Assembly: GCA_040756875.1 (NCBI GenBank)
Contig: JBFLYH010000001.1
Coordinates: forward strand, 1,052,778-1,116,777
Reading direction: 5' to 3'
Source of the DNA: a candidate division FCPU426 bacterium
GTDB lineage: Bacteria; Oederibacteriota; JAAXVQ01; JAUVAV01
DNA: 64,000 nucleotides
Part shown: in pieces, positions 11,501 to 23,500 of the stretch
How the letters are laid out: the number at the start of each line of letters is the position of its first letter
Numbering within the stretch: position 1 is the first letter of the stretch
The notes under the pieces: generated by a model
Database searches by the model: none
The model's input: the letters and a program-made list of their open reading frames with translations, nothing else
What the model was told of the DNA's origin: nothing
Translations under genes and position numbers: made by a program

Positions 11501-14500
11501 CCCCTGCAGAACATCCAGGGGCGTCTGCGGATAATCGATGTCGTCGCGGCGCAAGCCGACCACGACCACCGGCCGCTCCGCGATGGGCAGGCCGGCGTAT
11601 AAAGCCCGGTACTCCGCCATGAAGGCATCGAGTTCGTGCCGCGACGGAGAGCCGAGCACGATCAGCGGCCGGCCGGACAGGTTGAGGTCCAGCCGCAGCC
11701 TGGCGGCCGCGGCTTCGGGCACCTGCTCCGGCACGCCGTATTTCAGGGGCGCGTAATTCACGGCCACGCAGCTGACGTCGTTTTTCTCAAAAGGCGCGGC
11801 TGCGAATTGGTTGTCGCGGAAAGTCAGGCCTACGGCCGAGCGGTTTTCGACTGATTGCGGTTCCCGGGCCCACTGCGGGAATTCCCTGGCCGCCAGGCCG
11901 GCCATGCCGGGTTCGCGTTCCTCGTTGACGCCGATCACGACGTCTTCGGGTTGCAGACTCAGGGCCCGCACCAGGCCCTGTAGGGCGCGGGCCGAGGCGG
12001 TTTCGTACAAATTCAACTTCAATTTCTTGCCCAGGGTCCGCAGTAAGGCCGGAACCAGGCCGGCCGCTGTGGAGGCAGAGGCAAACGCGGCATTGCGGCC
12101 GATCATCCCCTGCCGCCGGGCGTTCCGGAACCAGCCAAGGATCACGGAGGCGGCGTCGTATTGATCCGGGTCAGCCAGCAGCAGGTTGAGCCAGCGGATT
12201 TTTTGGGCCGGTTCCGCGGTTTGGTCGCTCAACAAGCCGGTGATCAGATCCTGCCGGCCGTCAACCGCCAGGAATTCCAGGCCCGCGCGCGTTATTTTTT
12301 CGAGTTCGCCCGCCAGGGTGGGGTCTTTGGGCAGCAGGGGCATGACGCGCAATAATCGGGCCGCTTGTTCCGGTTTGATTCCCCGGAATTTGACCACCGC
12401 CTGCTGCAGGGATGAACGGGCCATCAGCAGGGTCCGGAAATCCAGGTTCGCGAGGCCCCGCTCCCAGGCTTCGGCCAGCCGGTCCAGTACCTGGCGCGGC
12501 TCCCCGGCTTGGAAAGCGCTGGCAATGGCTGCGTTGTAGTCGACCGGAATTTCCGCCGCGCCGGTCCGGAATCTGCCCCATTCCGCAAACAAAGCGCGCG
12601 CTTCTTCGGCCAGCCAGGCCAGGCCGGGCAGGCGCTGCCACCACGCGATCAAGCCGGCCGAAGTCCGGTCAGCCAGGTAATGATGAAGTTCGTGCGCCAC
12701 CACCTGCAGGCGCCGGGATTCAGGCAGGGAGCGGAGATTGGCGTGGAACGCCAGCGCGCGGTCCGAGGGCGAATAATATGCCGCCGGGCCGAAAAGGAGC
12801 AACAGACGCCAGGGCGATATTTTCAGGGACTCGATCCGCAATAATCTCAGGCTTTCGGGAATCGCCTCGGTTTCTCCATTCACCCACGGCAGCCAGTCCG
12901 CAGCCAGGGGAACCTTGAACCGCACATCCAGGAGGCTGCGCATATCGCGGCGCAGGTCCTGCATGTCGTACGCCCGGTCAGCCGGTTTGAACAAGCCGAG
13001 CACCAGGGGCAGGCGCCAGGCAAAATGCGGCAGCAGCGCCACCGCCAGGCCAGTGCCCCACCCTAAACCAGTTTGCAGGCCCGAGGCCCACAGCAGCAGG
13101 TCCACCACCACTCCGGCCGCGATTCCCGCCAGGCCGAGCACGCCCAGAGGCTGCCGTGGAGCTTCGCCCTCCGGCGCCCGGGCCTTTCGCTCCACAATGA
13201 ACATTTTGGGCATCGAAGCCATGGGCGTCGCGGATTCCAGGTTGGAAGCCGGATAGTCCGCGGGCAGGTCCGCTTCAACCCAGTTCAAATCAGGATCAGC
13301 GGCAGCCAGCTGCTCCAGCCGCCGGCGCGTATTGGCGATGAAATCTTGTTCCTCGGTGTAGGCGTGCGTAATCACGAGCAGGCCGCCGGGTTTGACCAGG
13401 CCCAGGGCCGGCGCGATCAGGTCGTTGTTATCGATGTTGTTCAGCGTGACCAGTTCCTGGGCTTGGGGGTGCAGGCCCACGGCGGCCAAATCCTGCGGGG
13501 AGTGGATGTCCGCGTACTGCACGCGCAGTTCCTCGGGCGCCGCGCGGTCCATGATACCCTGCTCCACACTGACGCCCGTGGAAACGCCGAAGCCCAGCTG
13601 CTGCACCAACTGGCGCAGGTTGCGGCCGAACTCGGCGCGCGCGCCGGCCCCCAGATCCGCAAACGCCAGGCTGGCCCGGCCGGTAAAACGTTTCTGCAGG
13701 AAGGCGCCGAAAGACCGGCTCATTTCCTGAAGATCGGAGGCCTGGGCCTGCCTGAGGCGGCGTTCGGCCAGCAGGTTTCTAAGGTAGTCTGACTGCGTGT
13801 AGCCGAGGCCGAGCCGCACCTGGTTGGTTCCCGGCAGCACCTGAAGCGCATGCATGGCCAGGCCGCCGATGATCTCAGGGCGGGTCAGTTCCACGCCGCC
13901 GATGCTGACCGTCGCGCTTGAAGCCAGGAAGGCTTCGATCGCCTGCATGGTGGGCTGGTTCCGGCCGTTCCGGACGGCCTGGATCAATTCCCGCCTGGAC
14001 AGGTCCGCGGGCTCGAGCGCCATCTGGTTGTTGTTCCGGCGCACAGGCACCACCAGGCCGGACATAATGCTGCGGTAGGCTTCAAACAGGGTCAGCCGCT
14101 CGGCTTGCCGGATTTGCTGCAGCCGTTCGCGCTCGGATTTGGAGACTTTGGGTTTCTTGTCCTTGCCCTTTTTAGCCGAAGGTTTGGCAGCCTGAGGTTG
14201 CACGCCGCGGGTTACAATGTCGGCCACCTCGATCGTGTCCACGCCGTTTTGCAGGGCCCAAGCCAGCAGGGCATCAGCAGCATCCTGCCGGGCGCCAATC
14301 AGGTTTTCGACGAAATCCACGATTTTCAGCCCGACCACATGCCTGGCCAGGACCTTGTTCTCGTAACTCCACACCATGCGGCCGTCCCGGATCGCCTGGT
14401 AGGATTCGATGCGGTGGCTGGCAAAGCCAAAAGGTGCAATGGCCGCGCGCACGAATTCAGGGTCCTCGCTCACGGACCCGCGGATGCTGCCGTTGCGGAT

Positions 14501-17500
14501 GTCCTCCAAGGGTGACTCGAGGAAAAGCTTCAGGAAGGCATCGGCGCTGGCCTTGCGGGTTCGGTCCAGTTCTTCGGCATAGGCAGCCGGGTCCTGCCCC
14601 ACCACCCGCACGCCATAGCGGCCGTCCGCGAACACAGGCACCAGCCGGCCGGCCCGGATGTGGCGGATGGTTTCGAAAAGATTGGGCTGCGCCGGGGTGT
14701 CGACCACCCGGCCCTGGGCATCCACCAGGTCGATGTACACCACGCCGGTCTCGGGCAGCGGTTCGACCAGAGATTGCTCCCGCTCCTTGCGTGACCGCTG
14801 GATGAGGGCGAAGATCGGCTCAGCCGGCCTGCCCACAATGCCGACCTGCTTGACGCCGTCCCGTTCCCGATAGATCAGGCGGCCTTCGCGCACGTACTGG
14901 TCCACGTCCTCCACAGTGGGCCAGACTTCGTCCGGGATCTGCTTTTGCGCCTGGCTTCTTTCCATATATATCTGCCCGGGCTTCAGGCTCAGGGCATAAT
15001 CGTCGGCTGCCCGGTTCCGGGCGGCCGTGACTTCGGCCATGTATTCCGGGGTGCCCATGTCCACCACGTACATTTGCAGGGCGTTGGTTTTGGGGTTATG
15101 GCGCCAGCCCAGTTTGCCCTGCATGATGCCTTCCCGGACTTCTTCCACATTGGGCCGGTTGAAGCCTTCGAACACATCCAGGCCGGTGTCGCTTTCCAGG
15201 TCGACGTACAGGGTTTCTCCGGGCAGTTGATCTTCGAACTCATCCTGGATTTTCTGCCGCCCGGCTTCCAGCACCCGGAAATAATCCGCAGCGCGGATGC
15301 CGGTCAGGCGCAGCCAAACCCCGCCATCCGGATAAACGGTATAGCGCAGCCAGCCCTCGCGCAGTCCGCGCTCCGCCTCCTGGGTGTTGGGATGACCGAG
15401 ATAAGCGTGGGCAGGGGCGGCTTCCAATTCTTCGTCAGACAGCATCAGGCCCATGGCCCGTTCGTTTTCGTCGAACAGGCGCTGGAACTGCTCAGCTGCT
15501 CCGGCGCGCGCCTGGCGTATGTTTTCCAGGTAGTCCTCGGCTGATCCGGCCACCAGCGCGGGCAGGTCCCTGCCCTCCTGGGTTTCGATGGTCAGACGGC
15601 CCGAAGCCACGGCCAGGTAGGCTTCTTCCCGGTTCAGGCGCAGCGCGCCTTCCCGGGCGCCAACCAGGGGCAGCATATAATCGCCGGTAGCCTGGGTCTG
15701 CTGCCAGAGGCGTTCAGCCCATTCCACCCGGGCTTCGTCCAATTGATTCAAGTACTCCTCGAGGCTTATTTTCCTCGGGGTTACGACTACCTGGCCGTCC
15801 GCTTCCCGCCAGGTCAGGCGGCCTTGGCGGATGTCTTCGTACGCTTCGAGCACATTGGGCCGGGAATCATCCTCGCCCGCGCCGGCCAGTTCCACGAACA
15901 CCTGGCCGTCCGCCAGGGCCCGGCGGAACATGCGGGCTTCGTATTGCTGGTTCTTCTGCCGCTTCTCCTCGGCGGTCATCTGGCCGCCCCGGGATTTGTT
16001 GCTCTTGGACATGAGGAAGGGCGCCTGCAGCAGGGGGATCAGGTCCGTGGTGCCTGCGGGCTGCACGAAACGCACCGGGCTTTGCACGGTGATTTGGGGC
16101 CAGGGCAGGCGGGCCAGTTCAGCCCCCAGGGCGCGGGCTTCCTCGGCGAGCCAGCTCAACCCGGGCAATTGCCGCCACCCGGCGCGCCGGCCGGCAGGCG
16201 CCTGTGCAGCCAGATAATGATCCAGCTCGTGCGCCACCACCTGCAGGCGCCGGGCTTCGGGCAGAGAGAGCAGATTGGCGTGAAGGGCCAGCACATCGGC
16301 GCCGGGCGAGTAGAACGCCGCCGGGCCGAAAAACAGCAACAGGCGCCAGGGCGACAGGCGCAAGGTCTCGATGCGGAGGTTCCGAAGCTCGGGCGGGACG
16401 TTCTCGTTGGCGCCCCGGATCCAGGGCAGCCAGGCCGCAGGCAGGGGCACTTTCAGGCGCACGCCCTGGAGCTTGCGCAAGTCTTCGCGTAAATCTTGCA
16501 AACCATAGGCCCGGTCAGCTGGTTTGAACAAGCCGAGCACGAGCGGCAGGCGCCAGGCAAAGTACGGAACCAGCAGTGTGGTCAGCCCGGTTCCCCAACC
16601 CAGGCCGCCCTGCAGCCCGGCGGCCCACAGGACCAGGTCAACCGCCAGGCCGGCGAACACCGCGGCCAGGCCCAGGACAGGCATGGGTTGTTTGGCTCCT
16701 CTTCCCGCTGCCGGAGTCTTTGCCGTCTGCGGCCGGGAGATGATGTGCACTTCGTTTTCTTCGTCGTCCGGGTTGATGGTATCCAGGACCTCCAGGCCGT
16801 TGGCTTCAGCCTCGGCATAGATCAAGCCGGCCGCGTCACCCCGGTTCCACACGATGAGGCGCCCGCGGTCAGGAACCAGGGATTCGCCGGTGCCCAAAGT
16901 CAGCTGGCGGATGAACTCGCCGTTGTCTCCGTCCGCATAGCCGGCGAGGCGCTTGGGCCGCAACTGGCCGTTGTTGACCAGCACCTGCCGCACCCATTGC
17001 GCGATTTCCTCCAGCGTGCCGGACACTCCAGCCAGGAACTCCCTGGCGATCTGGGCGTAAAAGCCTTTTTCTTCCTCGGACATGCGCTTCACGAACGGCG
17101 CATTGGAAAAGATCAGCGCAAATTGCTCGCCCGCAAAGGCCCATTGGCCGTCCCGGGACATTATATTGTCGTGCACCTTGGCAATCAGCGGGAACCCCGC
17201 GGCTTTGGCCAGGTAGCGGGAATTGGCCACTTCGAAGGGATTGATGCCCACGGCATACACCGGCAATCCGGCACCCAGCCAGGCGATCCAGGCGTCAATG
17301 CCCGACCCCGGGCCCACCACCAGGATTTTATCGTCCTGGGCGAGTTTTTCGTTTTTGCCGGCGATATAGATGCTTCTCAAGTACATATAATCCGCGAGGA
17401 AATTCTGGCCGAGGCCGGTTTCGCCTTCGCCCAGGGCCGGCGAATAAACCGTGGGAAAAACCGGGAACAGCACGCGTTTGACCTCGGGCCGGGCGTCATA

Positions 17501-20500
17501 GAAACGGTCCAAAATCCCGCCCTGCGTGCGAAGGACATCCGCAAAATCGAATTCCATGAACCAGGGCATGAACAGGCCCATTTCCTCCACGAACTGCGCG
17601 AAGACGAATGGTTTGTGCCCCAGGTCCGGCACTTTGGTGACAATCTCCGCCAGCCCCCTGCTTTCCAAATACTGGCGGATGGCCTGCTGGTCAGCCTGCC
17701 ACTGTCCGGCCTGGTCCAGCCAGTGCTGTTTGAATTCCCGGTCATCCCAAGCCGGAAGCGCAAAATTGAAAGCCGAGAAGTCGAAGTAATTGAGCGGGTG
17801 CGTATCCCGGTTCGGAAATTCAGCCAGCAGTTGTCCGGACACTACCGGGAAAACGGCCAGCAGCTGCCCCTGGCGGTTGTAAAGCAGCTCGAACTCCCGG
17901 GTGGGCCCCAGTTCATTGTGCAGCACGTCAATGCCCTGCGGCGGTTCGGACGGTTTGGCCCGGACCGGAGCCAGGATGCGCTGCACGGTCAGCCGGGTGG
18001 TTTCATCGGTCCGGGTTTCCAGCACCCGGGCGCTTTCCAGTTCCAGCACCTGCAGCAGTTCGTGCGCCGGCGTGCCTTCGGTCCGGGCCAGCAAGGCCCC
18101 GACATCCACCCGGTCCGAATCATCCGCGGGCCGGGCTTCCGCTTCCGGCGCGCGCGCCTGTTCTGCCGCGACATCGACCTTTTCAGTCTGGCATAGGAGA
18201 ACCATGGCGTTCCCGCGGGTACCGACCTGCCGGAAGCCCAGGCCGTTGTAGAGATTGACCGCCGCTTCCTGGATTTCCGAGGTCACCAGGGAGATGTTCC
18301 GGGTTTTTTCCTGGGGATAGGCGGCAAAGCCCTGGGCCTTGAAATCCGCCATGGCCTGCAGCATCAGTTTCCGGCCCAGCCCCAGCCGGCGATAGGCCTC
18401 GTCGACCACCAGGGCTTTGATGTACAGGGTGGGTGTGTCGATGTTGGCCAAGACGCTTGCAGGCCGTTCATAGGCAATGAGCATGGCCACCGGTTCGCCG
18501 GCGGCGTTTTCGATGACATAGCTGCGGTTCCAGCGGTTGAACCAGCGCACGCCGTTGACGACTTCGGCATCGAGGTCTTGCGGATGCATGACCGGCAGAT
18601 GAGGATCGCGGTTGTGCAGGTCGAGCAAGGCCTGCTGTTTGCTGCGGGCATACGCCCGGTCCAGCGGGCGCAACTCCTGGACCGAGTTTTCGCCGGGCAG
18701 TTGCGCCGCCTTCCGCCCCGCCTGCTCGGCAGCCAGGGCCTGCCATTCGCCTGCCAGCCAGCTCAACCCGGGCACTTGCCGCCACCAGGCGCGCCGGCCA
18801 GCAGGCGCCTGCGCGACCAGATAATGGTCCACTTCATGCGCCACCACCCGCAGGCGCCGGGCTTCGGGCAGGGAGAGCAGATTCGCGTGGAAGGCCAGCG
18901 CATTGGCACCGGGCGAATAGAACGCCGCCGGGCCGAAAAACAGCAGGAGGCGCCAGGGCGAAATTTTCAGGGAATGGATCCGCAATGATTGCAGGTCTGC
19001 GGGAACTTCTTCGGTTTGGCCGCTCACCCAGGGTAGCCAGCGTCCGGGCAGGGGCACTTTCAGGCGCACGCCTTGCAGTTTGCGCAGGTCTTCGCGCAGG
19101 TCCTGCAGGCCATAGGCCCGGTCAGCTGATTTGAACAAGCCGAGTACGAGCGGCAGGCGCCAGGCGAAATATGGAACCAGCAGAGTGGTCAGCCCGGTTC
19201 CCCAGCCCAGGCCGCCCTGCAGCCCGGCGGCCCACAGGACCAGGTCAACCGCCAGTCCGGCGAACATTGCCACCGCGCCCAGGGCAAACAGCGCCTGCTG
19301 TGCGACCCGTCCGGGTATCTCGTACCTGAGAATCCGGCCGCTGGGCGTTTCCTGGAACCCGGATTTGACAAGGAACTGTTTGGTTTCCTTCCATTCCTCG
19401 GTTCCCTCGGCTCCGGGCCCCTGCTGGAAAGAGATTCTTTCGATGTTGGTTTCCTGATACAAAAGGCCGGGAATGGTCATGGCCTTCATGACCAGCAGCA
19501 GGACCTGGCGCCCGTAACCCTGCCGCAAAAAGGGCGGATAAATCCGGATGCCGATTATTCCGGTTCGCGACCGTTCATTGTCCCGCGCGATGAGCGCATG
19601 TCCGATGACTTCGCCCTGCTGGTTCTGAATGACGACGATGTATTCCTCGGGTTTGGTATCCTGGTTGCGGAAAGCGGTCACCACCACCGCGCCGGCCTGG
19701 AACCGGCGGCCGTGGTATAAGTCCAGGCGTTCCTCGAAGGGCATGGGCCTGCCGCCCTCCTCCAGGATGGCGTATCCGTGGCGGGCGTGGGCGGCGCGCA
19801 AATCGCGGAGCAAATCCCGCACCAACTGATCGTCACGGTAGTTAAAGACCTTGGTTTCGACCTCCAGGCCTTGCGCCTGCTGCCAGGTAGCTTCGGCTGT
19901 GCTCAGGACAGCCGCGGGCCTCTGCCGGGCAAACGCGTTGGCGAGGCCTTCGGCCTGCTGCGGCAGGTCCAGGGCGCGGCCGCGCAGGTTGAAATCCGTG
20001 CTGAAACGGAACCGGGTCTCGCGGGTCCCGGTGCCACGGTCGCGGATCTCCAGTTTAACGCCGGCGAGAGCGACATCCAGCCCGGCGGGTTGGGAGACCA
20101 CTTCGTATCGGCCGTCCGCGCGCCGGATCTTGATTTCACCGGCTATATACTGCCGCCGCAGCGGCCCGAAGGAATTATAGAGGTCCACGCGGGGATCATC
20201 CAGGCGGTTCCAGGCCTGCTGGTCCGGTTCCTGCATTTCCATGGTCCCGGCCTGGAACAATTCCAAAGCAATGCCGAGCATGGCCGGATTGCGGACACTG
20301 TCAAAGACCAGGGGCATGGGATTGTCCGGATAGAGTTCCCGGGCCAGGCCCTGCAGCCAGCGGCTGACAGCCAATCCCCAGCCCTGCCCTTCCACGGGTT
20401 CAGTGGCTTCTATATTTAATAGCCGCAGGTGGTCCCCGGCCAGTTCAAAACCCACGGCCAGGCTGCCTTCCGGCAACTGGGTGGAGTACAGGAATTCATA

Positions 20501-23500
20501 ATGGCCTTCGACGAGAATCCGCTCCCGGAAATGCAGGGCAAGCCGGCTGCCCGGCTGCCGCGGGTTGTCCACGGTCACGGTCCTGGGCACGTCCTCGCCG
20601 GTCTGCCACTCCGGTTCGCCGTATTGGACGCGCTGGACCGGCGCGCCTTCGGTAGGGCCAGCGGTTTCCAGGCGCGCAACCAGTGCCCGGTCCACCGCGC
20701 CCTCCTGCAGCAGGCTGTCGAGCGAAACACGGCCGTCGTAGAATGCCAATCGGCGGTAAGGCGTGCCCTGTTCATGCGCGTCCAGAAAGTTTTTCAGGGC
20801 CAGGCCGGCGGCGCGGAACCCGGCCCGGTCTCGGCCCTGGTCATCGCGTGCTACGATAACACCGGGCTGGCCGGTTACGTCTTTTGCCGGTCCCAGGAAA
20901 ATCGGAAAGCGCAGGCCCGGCAGGCCGGCGTCGGTCAGGAAATCATCGATCACCGAATCGCCCAGGAGCAGGAGCGCGCCCGCGGCCGGAAGATTTGCAG
21001 CCCAGGTCCGCACGTGGTCACGCTTGCGAGCCAGGCTGAATTTGGCGTAATCAGTCGAAGCGCCGGCCATGAATTCCGGGAACTGGTCCGCCAAACCCCA
21101 TTTTCCGAGCAGGGCCTGCGCGCCGGCCAGCACGTCCCTGCCCTCGACGATTGTGTCGTGTGAGGAAAGGTTCACTTCGTAGTCATAAGGCTGGAAAAAG
21201 GCCGTGGTCCGGCCTTTAACCACAGCCTGGAAGCGGTCTTTAATTTCCAAAAAATCGTTGCTGGCTTCGATGGCCGCCAGTTCGTTTTCCAGGTCCAAGC
21301 CCTGCTGCCGGCCAAGCAGCCGCAGATAGGACAATGCCAGGGCTTTGCCCAGGGAGATCTGTGCGGCCGGTTTGACCACCGGGCCTTGCCGGCGTTCGAA
21401 GCGCGTGGTTCCTTGTGCGTCAAAGGTGAAGGTCTCGCGGCCGGTGTTGGCTTGGATTTCCAGGTTGGCCAGGGCCGCCAGATCGCCGGTTTTGCCCAAT
21501 TCGGTCCGGAGTTGCCGGATAATGCGGAGCTCGAGAGAATCCTGGTCCCGAATCTCGGTCCGTTCCACAAAATCCCGCGGATCGTTGGAACGGAATATTT
21601 TACTGGTCTGCGCCGCGCGGCCCGGACTGCCGCTGATTAAAAGCACGGGAATCCCGGCCTTGAGGGCGCGCACGATTTGATCCAAAGCCTGGCGCGTCAG
21701 CGGCGCGACGGGGGTGTCGGTCAGGGTCAGGTCCACGTCCGCGACCAGGCCGCGCAGGCGCACGGGCGCGTTGGGGTCCAGACCGGCCGGAGTCTGCGCC
21801 AGCACGCGGTCCTGCCAAGCCTGATCCGTGGTCATTCCCATGGCGCCGACAACCGGCCCCTGAGCCGTTGCCAGACCCGGGGCAGCCAGCCGCTCCCGGA
21901 TCAGGTTCGCGAAAAACGTCTTTGTCTCTTCCCCGCTCTCCCGGCCGGTAAGGCGCTCGCGGCCGCGCTGCACCGCCTCCTCCAGGGCCGACAGCGGCAA
22001 TCCGAGTTTTCCGGCTAGTTGGGCGGATTCACTGCGCGCGGCTTCCACGAACCCCGCGCTCATTTCCGGCGATAGGCCCGGCAGCCTGCCAAACACCGCG
22101 TGCTCGTATAAATCCGCCAGGTAGCCGCCGATTTGATCCAGGCGGCTGGCCAGGGTCCGGGCCGCTAATTCTTCGGCCGTGAAAACCCTGGCCGACCCCT
22201 CGGGGAAATCGCTCTGGCCGCGGGGCAGCTGGACCGTCAGGTTCAGGGGCACTTCGGCATATCCGTCGTAGTCGATTCCCACCAGCCGGCGCGGGCCTTC
22301 GCCCACCGGCGTTTGCAGGAAAAACGGCATGGCCGCGCTGGCGTTTTCGTCAATGAGGCCGCGGATTCCAGCCTCCGCCTCGGGCCCGAGGTTGCCCACC
22401 GCACTGGCTGGAGCGGAAATGCGGCCGGCGTCGTCCCGCAGCCAGATGCTCACCCGCTCATCGGGCTCAACGCGCAGCGTATAGCGCCAGTTGCCGCCCC
22501 CAATATAATAATGAACCAGGGTGCCGACCGGCAGGAGGCGCAGGTTGATCCACTGGGCCCTCTGCGAACGCTTAGGGTCCAGAACCGGCGGCGCGCTTTG
22601 GTCTTCAACGCGGACCGCAGGTTTGCGGCTGGTTCCGAACTGCGACATGGCCAGGGGCGCGAAACGGTTCACGGCGAAATGAACCAGGAAAGCGGAGGCC
22701 AGAACCACGGGCAGCGAGCTGGAGACCGCCAGCAAGCCGAGATTAAGGACCGCGATAAGGGCCGCCAGCGCGAGATTGAGCGCCGGCGCGCGGCGGCCGG
22801 CTGAATCGGCGATGAAGTGCAGGCCCAGGAACGCGGGCCAGGCCAACAGATAGGAAGCCCTGGCAGCCAGCGCGATGTCGCCCGTGGCCCAGTAGAGCGG
22901 CACGCCCAAAAGCAATCCCGCGCCGGCCAACACCAGGCTGTTCTCCAGCCAGAACGCCACCCAGCGGTCGTAGCGGCTGCTGCGCGCCTGGCGCGTGGCT
23001 TCGTCCGGGTTGCCCCGGTTGACATACCATTCTTTGACGCGCGGCATGATGCCGCCGGCAGCGAAGCGGCCCTGCATGGCCTTTTCAGCGGCCTGCACGT
23101 CCGCTTCGGCGGGCATTTCGAAATATTTGCCGGCAAACCGGGTCGGCTGTACTTTAGTTTCAGGTTCGCCCTGCACCACGGTTTCCGGCCGCGGCTGCAG
23201 GGACACCGGCGTATCCAGTTGCAGGTAAGGCACGAACCGGGTGGGATCGAAGATCAGCCACTCGCCGTCCACCTTGACCAGCAGCACGCCGTGCGCTTCG
23301 TTTTCGGTCAACAGCGAATTGCCATCCACATTCGAAAGGCCCATGGCAAAAACCGCGTCCAGGCCCAAGTAGCGCAAATAAATAAACGCGTTCATGGCCA
23401 GGGCTTCGCAATCGCACAGGAAACGGCGGCCCTGCTCCAGTTCCCCGTTCACGAACGAGCCCCAGGTCCCCTGGTTGAGCGCGTAAATCTGCCGTTCGTA

